Below are positions 27,844 through 37,300 of a stretch of DNA of 42,869 bases, piece by piece. The notes below the pieces were generated by a model. That model was not told the DNA's origin. It worked only from the letters and a program-made list of their open reading frames with translations, and searched no databases. Made by a program: the position numbers and the translations under genes. The DNA is taken from NCBI GenBank assembly GCA_937960625.1, contig CALGPD010000272.1, positions 1-42,869 on the forward strand. Direction: 5' to 3'. This DNA comes from an uncultured Spirochaetia bacterium (GTDB lineage Bacteria; Spirochaetota; CALGPD01). Each line of letters starts with the position of its first letter. The first letter of the stretch is position 1.

Positions 27844-28986
27844 CTAGCCCGTTATGCGTTCATATAACGCTTCATACTTGGAAACAATACTTTCCCAGCT
27901 GAATTGTTCCCTGACAACCATAAATGCTTTTTCACCCATTTGGTTTCTAAGCTTTCCGTTTTCTGTAAAAGTCAGCAGATGTTCTGATAAAGACACTTCG
28001 TCTTCCGGTTCTGCAAGCAAGCCCGTTACTTCGTGATTTACAACCTCAGGAACTCCTGCCGCTTTAGCGCCGATACAAGGCAGCCCGCAAGCCATTGCTT
28101 CAAGAAAAACAATGCCGAAAGAATCATGCACCGACGGCAGTACAAAGGCATGATGCCGGTTAATAAGTTCCGGCAGTGTTTCATGTGAAACATATCCGGC
28201 AAAATTTACGCTGTTATTTAAGCCGAGTTTACTGGAAAGGCTTTTTAGTTCCTGCTCCATATAGCCTGTGCCTGCGATTGTAAGAGAGACTTTTTTATCC
28301 GTTTTTTTTGTTAAAAGTTTAAAAGCTTTTAGTAACACATCAATACGCTTGAACTTTACAAGCCGGGCAATGCAAATAAAATCAACCGATGAATTGTTTT
28401 TAGAAACACCGAGTTTTTTAAATTTGTCAATATCAACACCGTGGTAAATAACTTCAATGCCTTTGTTTTTAAAAGTTTCTTTGGCCTTGGCTTTTAGGTT
28501 TTCAGATACAGCAACAACAGCGCTTGCCTTGTTGATAATTTTTTTGTTAAAGGGTTTTGTTACTTTTTGGAAAAGAGGGAACTCATCAGCGTGAAATCCG
28601 GGAGTATCAATGCCGTGAAGCGTTGTTATATACGGTGTTTTTTTATCATGGAAAAACGTTAACAATCCTGTAGGAACGGAAAAATGGTAATGAATAACAT
28701 CATACTTTTTCTTTGACGCAAACTTTTTAATTTTAAACATACCTCTGAAAATGAAGGAAACTAAGCCCATAGCGCCAACTTCGTGTTCGCTTTTTCTGTT
28801 TGATTTTATACGGCAAATTGTGAGATTTTGGTTTACTTTTTCCAATGCCGGAAAGCCTTTATACCCTGCAGTGAACACATCCACTTTATGGCCTCGTTCC
28901 GCAAGGCGCTCTGCAATTTCTTTACAGCTTGACCCGCCTCCACCACCGATTGGAGGGTATTCATAATTTACAACTAATATTTTCAT
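27844..28986 (-). CDS. Glycosyltransferase family 4 (GT-B fold)
   Basis: MKILVVNYEYPPIGGGGG N-terminus and C-terminal FVLPSVHDSFGIVFLEAMACGLP (EX7E region). Confidence 0.88.
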   Translation of the reverse strand: MKILVVNYEYPPIGGGGGSSCKEIAERLAERGHKVDVFTAGYKGFPALEKVNQNLTICRIKSNRKSEHEVGAMGLVSFIFRGMFKIKKFASKKKYDVIHYHFSVPTGLLTFFHDKKTPYITTLHGIDTPGFHADEFPLFQKVTKPFNKKIINKASAVVAVSENLKAKAKETFKNKGIEVIYHGVDIDKFKKLGVSKNNSSVDFICIARLVKFKRIDVLLKAFKLLTKKTDKKVSLTIAGTGYMEQELKSLSSKLGLNNSVNFAGYVSHETLPELINRHHAFVLPSVHDSFGIVFLEAMACGLPCIGAKAAGVPEVVNHEVTGLLAEPEDEVSLSEHLLTFTENGKLRNQMGEKAFMVVREQFSWESIVSKYEALYERITG

Positions 28987-29067
28987 GCACTGCCTTTTCT
29001 TCCTGATTAGAGTAACCGGTTAATTAGAAATTTTGTATTGGTTACAAATTGGTTTTCATTATTTAAA

Positions 29068-29383
29068 AACGTGAATTTCGATTTAAAAAAATTACCGCTA
29101 TTTTTCAAAGTTTTACGTCACTGCGAGGAACGTACTTGACGAAGCAGTCTCGTTGCAAAAGCTGCGCCTAATGAGATTGCTTAGCTTCGCTCGCATTGAC
29201 TATGCCCTGGAGATTGCTGCGCAAACATTCTCAGGAGACTTTGCCCAAAGGTATTTTTTCCTCACATGGCATAAGCCAACGTCACTTATGAGGAACGAAT
29301 ATAAAAAAGCAATCTCCTTGATATACTAAAAAATCATATATTTCGAAAAAAATAAATTTATAATTTAAATCGAATTTCACGTT
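29068..29383 (+). mobile_element. MITE-like element, full copy D (316 bp)
   Basis: AACGTGAATTTCGATTTAAAAAAATTACCGC ... AATTTAAATCGAATTTCACGTT. The terminal 20 nt are inverted repeats matching at 19/20. Confidence 0.8.
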
Positions 29384-29503
29384 TAAATAATGTGTTCCGT
29401 TTCCGCTTTTGAATCTAGTTAAGAATTCCGGTTTTTCAAATTTCTTTATTCGAGTTTAAATAAATTTTATAGAGTTGGTTTACCATGAAATAATTTTGGA
29501 TGA

Positions 29504-30199
29504 TTAACGTTTTTTTAGTTTTTCAATTTCTTTTTTCAACCGCCCTGATTTGAAAACATAATACCCTGAGTTGTGGGAAATCCAAACCGTATCATCTTTG
29601 CAGAATAACTGAATGTCTGCTTCCCGTTTTTCAATTCGGATTATTAAATCCGGAGTTAATTTGAAATCGTTTTTACTAACAAATTTATCCCGTGACTTAT
29701 GAAGAGTGCCTAGCAATCTAATAATTTTAACTATATCTATTTTCGCGTCGCGCCTTATTTTCTGGTCAAACAGCCTGACTTCAATAATATTTAAGGGCTC
29801 AAATGAAGGGTGCTTATCAAGGTCTTTTAACTTATATAAAAAATTAGGAATATAAAACTTTTGTTTTTTACCTTCAATTATCATAATAAAGTTAGATGCA
29901 TCCATGAACCTGAGAGTATAAAAAACGCCGAGATAATTAATCCGCAAAAAAAATCTGCCTTCGGAATTTCCCCTATCTTCATTATAATTATGAAAATCCC
30001 TAAGCCTTGTGTTAAGCAGTTTGGCTATGATTTTAATGCCGTTGTAATAAAAAAACTCAACTGTATTTCTTCCTGTGTCTTCCATTGTGACCATGTACGC
30101 CTGATGAATGCCCAAAGGAGAGATAACGATTTTTTCTTTTTTACAAGATACTGAAATTATTGATATGATTATTAAAATTATTATTGCTGTCTTTTTCAT
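29504..30199 (-). CDS. Hypothetical lipoprotein
   Basis: MKKTAIIILIIISIISVSC lipobox. No family was recognised. Confidence 0.55.
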   Translation of the reverse strand: MKKTAIIILIIISIISVSCKKEKIVISPLGIHQAYMVTMEDTGRNTVEFFYYNGIKIIAKLLNTRLRDFHNYNEDRGNSEGRFFLRINYLGVFYTLRFMDASNFIMIIEGKKQKFYIPNFLYKLKDLDKHPSFEPLNIIEVRLFDQKIRRDAKIDIVKIIRLLGTLHKSRDKFVSKNDFKLTPDLIIRIEKREADIQLFCKDDTVWISHNSGYYVFKSGRLKKEIEKLKKR

Positions 30200-30650
30200 G
30201 GGACAATAATATCACAGTCATATAATATTTGCAAGGTGTTCCTAGATAAAATTTATTTGTTTTTTTCTTTAGTTTACATATAAGTATTTTATGAGTTTAG
30301 TTAGTGTTTATTCTTTTGTCATTAATGATCGCCAATAAATACAGTAGGTTATAATTGTGGATAAATTGGCTTATTTATTACATAGTCCGTCGAGTCAATA
30401 TTTATATATGTATTATTTAGTGTTAAAGTGTTTCCAGTAAGAAGAAATGTTGCACAACATATATTGTTTTGAGTAAACAAAATTAAGTTTGAAAACTAAA
30501 ATTTTACGAATTATTTTTTGTTTCATGATTTATGTCATTTTTGATAAACATTATTTACTAATATCTTAAATAGTTATAAATTATATGTTGAAAAAATAGA
30601 ATATTTCTTAATTATTCATATATTGATAAACACAACCTAAAGGGAGAATT

Positions 30651-31322
30651 ATGAAAAAATTCGTTGCACTTATAATTATAATCTTAACGACTGTATCTTT
30701 ATATTTTTGTTCCGGCGGGCAAAGCGCAAAAGAACAAATACAAATCGAAACAAAATCATTAAGCAATCCGTTATATAGACAGGCATACAGATTGTACTAT
30801 ACAAAACAATACAAGCAGGGTTATGAACTTTTATCCAATTATGTTTTTAATCAAAAGGGCAAATCACTAGTTCTTCATTCTTTATTAGTTAAGTTTGCAA
30901 TTAAACTTAAAATGACCGGAGATTTATCAAAAAAATATCTCGATTTAAAAGAGCATAAATATTCAATTTTCGCAAACGGAGTTATGTCTGCTCTTGAAGG
31001 CCACGGTATAAATCACACTGTTATTACATTTCAGGATTTATTAAAAAAACGGTTCCCCGGAAACCCTGTTATATTAATGTATATGGGATATTTGTACATT
31101 TTAAGAAACAACCCGCACTTTGCCGTTGTAACTCTTGAAAAATCCGTTAGCGCGTTATCCGCGTTTCCATTTAACCGGTACTACCTAGCTATGGCGCATT
31201 ATCACACAAAAAATATAAGCGCGGCTGTTTCTTCACTTGACAGCGCGATTGCTCTTTTTCCATCATTCATGCAAAGGGAAATTGAGGCCGCGCAGAGAAT
31301 GAAAAAAAGGATTTCAAGATAA
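30651..31322 (+). CDS. TPR-like repeat lipoprotein
   Basis: Lipobox LYFCSG. Helical repeats with A/Y/L spacing typical of TPR. GGGAG SD. Confidence 0.6.
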   Translation: MKKFVALIIIILTTVSLYFCSGGQSAKEQIQIETKSLSNPLYRQAYRLYYTKQYKQGYELLSNYVFNQKGKSLVLHSLLVKFAIKLKMTGDLSKKYLDLKEHKYSIFANGVMSALEGHGINHTVITFQDLLKKRFPGNPVILMYMGYLYILRNNPHFAVVTLEKSVSALSAFPFNRYYLAMAHYHTKNISAAVSSLDSAIALFPSFMQREIEAAQRMKKRISR

Positions 31323-31417
31323 CCCCTTTTCCGGAATATAAACTTACACAAAAATCTTACGCGGAAATCAGGAATTTAAGGGAAAACTATCTTGGTAATT
31401 TATATGAACCTCAGGAC

Positions 31418-32107
31418 ATGTTTCTGGAAATACAAATCCCGGAAAGCTCGTTTTATATAATTTCATGTACTAAGATATTGGGCTATGTTATAATATCCAA
31501 AGACAACGTATTAATCGAATTTCATTTATTACCCAAATATATTCCACAATGCCGTAGTATTTTTTCCTTTGTTCTGAAAAACCTGAAGATAAATAGTATC
31601 TACTGTAAATCTTTTGATGCTTTGTTACTTCGTTGTTGTATGAGTGAGGTGCTAAATTATAAAATTATTGGCCATCTTTTCCGCGATAGAATTAAACCGG
31701 CGGCTGTAGAAATCAACGTTTTATTAACTAAAAGCAAAGCTTCGCGCGAAGATTATCCGTTGCTTGTTGAATATTCAGACAACGTGTTTGAAAATGATAA
31801 CGAAATTTCAGACTACATTGACAAAGAGCTGATTCTAATTTATAGGAACGCGGGAGAATTCGTTGGTTATGGAATCTTTGCCGGGATTAACGAAAACAGG
31901 AATTATTATGATATAGGTATGTATGTTAATCCTGCTTTTAGAAAACAGGGATACGCGGCGTATATAATTAAAGATTTGGCTATGATGTGTGAAGAGAACA
32001 ACCACCGCCCTGTTCTTGGTTGTTCGGCAAACAACGTTGCCTCTAAAAGAGCCATTGAAAACGCGGGTTTTGTAAGCAAACACACTATGCTTGAGTTTTA
32101 TAATTAA
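31418..32107 (+). CDS. GNAT-family N-acetyltransferase
   Basis: C-terminal VNPAFRKQGYAAYIIKDL acetyl-CoA motif. The same frame is open for 132 nt upstream (from 31286) with no ATG/GTG/TTG, so the start is uncertain. Confidence 0.7.
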   Translation: MFLEIQIPESSFYIISCTKILGYVIISKDNVLIEFHLLPKYIPQCRSIFSFVLKNLKINSIYCKSFDALLLRCCMSEVLNYKIIGHLFRDRIKPAAVEINVLLTKSKASREDYPLLVEYSDNVFENDNEISDYIDKELILIYRNAGEFVGYGIFAGINENRNYYDIGMYVNPAFRKQGYAAYIIKDLAMMCEENNHRPVLGCSANNVASKRAIENAGFVSKHTMLEFYN

Positions 32108-32592
32108 ATAATATCCGTTTTCTTAATAAGCCAAAGCATGAACGCATATAAACACAGAATAGAGTAGGGCTAAAAGCGAGAATTAAAGCTTTAAGTAAAA
32201 TTATGATTTTTTTAAACGCGGAGATTGAAAAAATCATCCCTAGTCCTTCTTTAAAGGTACGAATTGGGACATAGTTTACATTTTAGACCGAGGACATGGT
32301 TTACACTTATTAGTAATAGTATGGGGTATTAAGAAAAACACCAACATTATAAAAAAACCATTTGCCTTCTTTATTAAAGGGGGCCGGGTAGAACCAACGG
32401 GATGTAAATTAAACTGGAGGATTTAAAACGGCTTAATCTTGCATATTAACAACGCGTTACACTTATGGTTTAAATACCTCCTAAACCACCGAGGTTCTCA
32501 TCTTCCCTCCGCGTTAATTTCTTCTTTTCCAATCCGTGGGTAGTTTTTTCTATCTTCTTAACGTATTGTAAAAAACAACGGGCTTTCTAAAT

Positions 32593-32736
32593 AACGTAAA
32601 TTGCAATTAAAAAATTACCGGTATTTTCTTAGGTTTTACTTAACTGCAAAGAACGGACGTGACTAAGCAATCTCGTTGCAGATAAACCAAATGGGATTGC
32701 TTCGCTATCGCTTGTGGGTGATATAAACCTGACCGG
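32593..32736 (+). repeat. MITE-like family, half copy E (left arm, degenerate terminus)
   Basis: AACGTAAATTGCAATT...GTGACTAAGCAATCTCGTTGCAGATAAACCAAATGGGATTGCTT...ATAAACCTGACCGG. A 44-nt core is identical to inverted copy F. Confidence 0.7.
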
Positions 32737-32773
32737 ATTAATAAAAAAAATATATAAACTGAGTTTCCAGTAA

Positions 32774-32807
32774 ATAAAAAAAAAGCCGCCTTAAAGAAGA
32801 CGGCTTT
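32774..32807 (-). terminator. Rho-independent terminator of ackA
   Basis: On the minus strand, AAAGCCG..CGGCTTT is followed by a run of 9 T, about 20 nt after the ackA stop. Confidence 0.7.
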
Positions 32808-32826
32808 ATAATTATTGCGCTATTAT

Positions 32827-34071
32827 CTATTTCTGGAAAGAATATGTATATTCTGTGTGTGTTTTATACGTTCCGTCTAGTATAGCAACAGTGTCTTCAG
32901 TAATAACGAGTTCTTCGTTTGTAGGAATTACAAAAGCTTTAACTTTTGAACCGTCTTTTGAAATCTCAGCTTCTTTACCGCGTGTTTTATTTTTCTCTTT
33001 ATCAAACTCAAGCCCCATGAACTCAAGGCCTTCAAGAGCTTTTTCTCTGATAATTTGTGAGTTTTCACCAACACCCGCAGTAAATACAACAGCGTCAACT
33101 CCGCCCATCGCCGCAGCATAAGCGCCAATATATTTTCTGATTTTGTAAGCTTCAACATCAGTAGCTAACTGGCAAAGTTTGTCGCCTTTTTCAGCGCCTT
33201 CCTGAATATCGCGTCTGTCAGTGTATTGCTTGGTTATACCTAATACACCGGATTTTTTATTTAAGATTTTATCAACTTCATCAGGGCTTAAACCTTTGTT
33301 TTTCTGTAAGAAAATAGGAATGTATGGATCGATATCACCGCAGCGTGTTCCCATTACAGCACCTTCAAGAGGTGTTAACCCCATTGATGTGTCAACACTA
33401 ACACCGTTTTTAACAGCGCTGTGAGATACACCGTTGCCGATGTGTAAAGTAATGATTTTGCAGTCTTTAGGGTCTTTGCCTAACATGACGGCCGCGCGTT
33501 TTGAAACATATAAATGACTTGTGCCATGGAAACCGTATCTACGTACACCGAGTTCCTCATAATATTCATAAGGTAAAGCGTAAATAAAAGCTTGCTCAGG
33601 CATTGTTTGGTGAAAAGCTGTGTCAAAAACAGCAACGTTAGGTACACCGGGTAATGCTTTCATCGCGGCTCTAATACCCGCAAGGTTAGCTGGGTTATGT
33701 AATGGAGCTAAGTGCGAACAGTCTTCTAAAGCTTTGATAACTTTATCATCAATTTTTACAGACTGAGAAAAACTTTCACCGCCGTGTACTGTTCTATGGC
33801 CCACAGCAACAATAGATGACATGTCTTTAATTACACCGACTTTTTCATCTGTTAAAGTATCAAGAATTAGTTTGATAGCTTCAGTGTGGTCAGGGCAATC
33901 GTGTTCGATTTTTACAGAATCTTTTCCATCCGCTTCGTGTTTAATAAATGACCCGCCAATAGTAACGCGTTCTACTAAGCCTTTTGCCAATACTTTTTGC
34001 TCTTCCCAATTCATTAGCTGGTATTTTGCTGAAGAACTTCCGCAGTTTAAAACTAAAATATCCTTACTCAT
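32827..34071 (-). CDS. ackA: Acetate kinase
   Basis: LVLNCGSSSAKYQL, VGHRTVHGG, YGFHGTSH and FTAGVGENS motifs in a 414-aa protein. Confidence 0.96.
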   Translation of the reverse strand: MSKDILVLNCGSSSAKYQLMNWEEQKVLAKGLVERVTIGGSFIKHEADGKDSVKIEHDCPDHTEAIKLILDTLTDEKVGVIKDMSSIVAVGHRTVHGGESFSQSVKIDDKVIKALEDCSHLAPLHNPANLAGIRAAMKALPGVPNVAVFDTAFHQTMPEQAFIYALPYEYYEELGVRRYGFHGTSHLYVSKRAAVMLGKDPKDCKIITLHIGNGVSHSAVKNGVSVDTSMGLTPLEGAVMGTRCGDIDPYIPIFLQKNKGLSPDEVDKILNKKSGVLGITKQYTDRRDIQEGAEKGDKLCQLATDVEAYKIRKYIGAYAAAMGGVDAVVFTAGVGENSQIIREKALEGLEFMGLEFDKEKNKTRGKEAEISKDGSKVKAFVIPTNEELVITEDTVAILDGTYKTHTEYTYSFQK

Positions 34072-34260
34072 TAAATCCTCCTTAGACTAAATATATTAAT
34101 ACAATAAAGTGTTTACTTCACTGAAAGGATACTGTGAAATTAAATCATTCCAAATTTAACTGATTTAATCAAGAAAATAAAATTATGATTTAAAAAAAAA
34201 TAAAACTTATACTTTATTGAAAAAATACATGCAGGTTTGCTATAATTATTGAGAAATAAG

Positions 34261-34289
34261 TTGACAAAATCATTTTATAATTTCATAAT
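34261..34289 (+). promoter_or_regulatory. Candidate promoter TTGACA-17-CATAAT of the hybrid kinase gene
   Basis: TTGACA at 34261-34266 and CATAAT at 34284-34289, 28 nt upstream of the ATG. Confidence 0.45.
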
Positions 34290-34316
34290 AAAATATATTA
34301 ACTGTAAAATGCCGTT

Positions 34317-37300
34317 ATGAAAAATAAATTAATAAAAATATTTACTTTTTGTATACTTACTTTTTTTTATATCTTTCCTGCCTATTGCAATAATTTTGTT
34401 ATTGTCTCAGAACAAACGTATAAAAAGGATATATTAAAAAAAATCGCTGTATTTGAGGATAAATCAGCAAAACTAGCTTTAAAAGAGATAATAAAACTTT
34501 CCAATCAGCATAAGTTTAAAGAAAATGAAAAGGGTAAATCAAATTTCGGAATAACATCGAGTGCAATCTGGTTAAAATTCAATATAACGAATAAAACTTC
34601 AAATTTCAAAAAATGGATTATAAACATCCGGAACAACAGAATAGCAACTGCGAGCCTGTTTTTAATTAACCGGGATAAAATTATTAAGCAATATCACACA
34701 GGATATTCGATTGATTATAAAGACAAACAGATTAAAGACAATGAAGCCACTTTTAAAATAAGCATTAATAAAAATGAGATATACACTGTTTTTATAAGAT
34801 TACATACACCATATACTTTATCTATTCCCATAACAGTTTATATGCCGGAAGAGTATGAGAAAAGAATAAACATTGATAGCGTCTTTCTTGGAATATTAAT
34901 CGGCATGCTTCTGGTTTTAATTTTATATTATGCTTTCGTGTATTTCAATTTAAAAGATAAATCGTATTTATATTTTATTTTACTCATTGTGTTCTGGCTG
35001 CTTTACCAATTTGATTTTTTTGGAATTTCTTCAAAATATTTTTTTCCGGCAAATAAATATTTAAAATCAAGGTTTCCATTAATTATTCTTGGAAATGTTA
35101 TAGTTTTTTTCTATTTATTTTCGATTCAGATAATGCGTATCAGAAAATATTTTAAACGAATTCTGCCATATTTATACGTTATTATTATTTTTTCTTTTTC
35201 TTACTCGTTGCTTGCTATAATACCCGGAACAAATATCCGTGTAATTTATAGATATGCATTGATTGTTAGTTTAATAGCAATTATTGTTTCATATTTAAGT
35301 ATTTTTGTTTATATCAAAACCAAGCAAAGAGTTGTTGTATATTATATAATAGCTTTTTCATTAGGTTTGGCAGGGCCTTTATTAAAAGCAATACTATCTA
35401 AAGGATTATTGCCTTTCAATTATATTGCATATTATGGTATGCCTATAACTAATACTCTGGCTTTTTTAATATTCGGATACGCATTAACTGATAAAATAAG
35501 GAATTCACTTTTAGAGAAACAAAGGTCAAATATATTAGTAAAAGAGAATGAAGAACTTGAAAAAGAAATTGATTTGAGAAAGCATGCGGAACATGATTTA
35601 CTAAAAAACAAGAAGGATCTTGAAAGATTGTTCGATGTTTCCCCTTTTCCTCTAGCAATATTAACCATTGAGGATATTATAGTTGTGAGGGCTAATAAAG
35701 CTTGTGAAGGTTTTTTTCAGGGCAAAGTGGAACAAACTTTAGGAAAAACCCCTGATATGTTTTTCAATCCCATTGAACAAAAATTCCGTTTACTTGATTT
35801 ACTAAAAGAAAGAGGCCTTGTTGAAAATTATGAAACAAGGTTTAAGACTTTTGAAAATGAAGAGCGTTTTGCTTTATTAAGTATTTATTCAACTGAATAT
35901 AACGACATTCCTTCATATATAGTAGGTATTGCAGATATAACAGCTCTAAAACAGGCGCAGTTGGAAATAAAGCAAAATGAAAAAATGTTCCGTGATATGT
36001 TTAATAAACACTCGGCAATTATGTTTATTACTGAGCAAAAAACATACAAAATCATAGAAGCAAATAATGCTGCAAGTAATTTTTATGGATATTCAAACAA
36101 AGAATTTAAGAAAATGATTGTGGATGACTTAAATATTTTACCATTTAATCAAGTTAAACATGAACTTAAATCAGGCTTTGCTAAGAATCAAAAGTATTTT
36201 GTTTTTAAGCATAAATTAAAAAACGGAGAAGTAAAAGATGTAGAACTTCACACTACTCCAATTTTACTGCAAAACCGAAAAGTATATTTTTCCATTATTC
36301 ACGATATAACGGAAAGGGTAATGTATCAAAAAGCGCTTAGGGAAAGCGAAGAGTTGCACAGGTTTATTGCTGAAAATACAAAAGACGTTTTATGGGTTAT
36401 GGATGAAAATCTTCAATTAACGTATATAAGTTCCAGTGTATTCGATGTTCATGGCTATACTCAGGATGAGATAAAAACAATGTCAATCAAGGAATTAATG
36501 ACGGGCAAGTCTTTTTTCAATGCAATGAGAGCTCTTGTAATGAAATTAAAAAAGCCGGATAATAATGATAAACCGCTTAAAATAGAAATCAGGTTTATTA
36601 AAAAGAACGGCGAATTCTTCTGGGCTGAAATTAATAGTAACACTCTTACAAATGAAAAAGGGGAGCTTGTCCGCGTTGTAGGCAGTACCAGAGATATTAC
36701 CGACCGTAAATTAATGGAAAAAGAAATCATTTTTACCAGAGATGAAGCGGAAAAAGCAAACAGGTTAAAAACAGAATTTATGGCTAACCTCAGCCATGAA
36801 ATAAGAACTCCGATGAATGCTATTTTAGGTTTTTCCCAAATTCTTGAAAAGAGAATAACCGATGAAAAACAAAAAGAATTTCTATCAATTATTTCAGCGA
36901 GCGGAAAAACTTTACTTAAACTCATTAATGATATATTGGATATTTCTAAAATTGAGGCAGGGAAGATTGATTTAAATTATTCTGTTGCGGATGTAAGGGA
37001 ATTAATAAATGAAATTAAAAATACCTTTGAATGGAAAATCAAGGAAAAAGGCCTGGATTTTATAATCCGTGTTTCTGAAAATGTACCTGATAATTTATTA
37101 ATAGATGAGTTAAAGATGCGGCAGGTATTATTTAATCTTGTGGGAAATTCTGTGAAATTTACTGAAAACGGATATATTAAAGTTTCAATGGATATTGAAA
37201 TACCGGAAACTGATGAAATAGAGATGAACTTAATTTTAAATGTGGAAGATACGGGAATCGGTATTCCATTTAACAGACAGGAGCAAATATTCCACGCTTT

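Noticed and set aside
24984-29383. The repeats between single genes could be integron attC sites separating gene cassettes: the ends read ...AAC at the left and GTT... at the right.
   Set aside because: No intI integrase or attI is in the window. The bracketed genes are on opposite strands and have their own promoters. The elements are 273-316 bp with internal direct modules rather than the attC R''-L''/L'-R' layout. The GTT ends match GTTRRRY only loosely (GTTAAAA, GTTAATA, GTTTAAA).
24984-29383. The repeated module of about 33 nt, GTCACTGCGAGGAACG.AAGTGACGAAGCA, could be a CRISPR repeat.
   Set aside because: There are only two modules per element. They are separated by conserved rather than unique sequence. 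They always sit inside the same TIR-bounded unit, the copies are dispersed over 28 kb, and there are no cas genes.
32855-34090. A group of ORFs within or opposite ackA (32855-33121, 32928-33158, 33221-33424, 33821-34090). Similar nested ORFs occur inside other genes, for example 473-670, 1397-1621, 3787-4020, 7172-8128, 10655-10858, 12586-12873, 13009-13443, 35432-35668, 36461-36925 and 41743-42429.
   Set aside because: All lie inside long, motif-supported genes in other frames or on the opposite strand. They lack SDs and have skewed composition. They are typical shadow ORFs.
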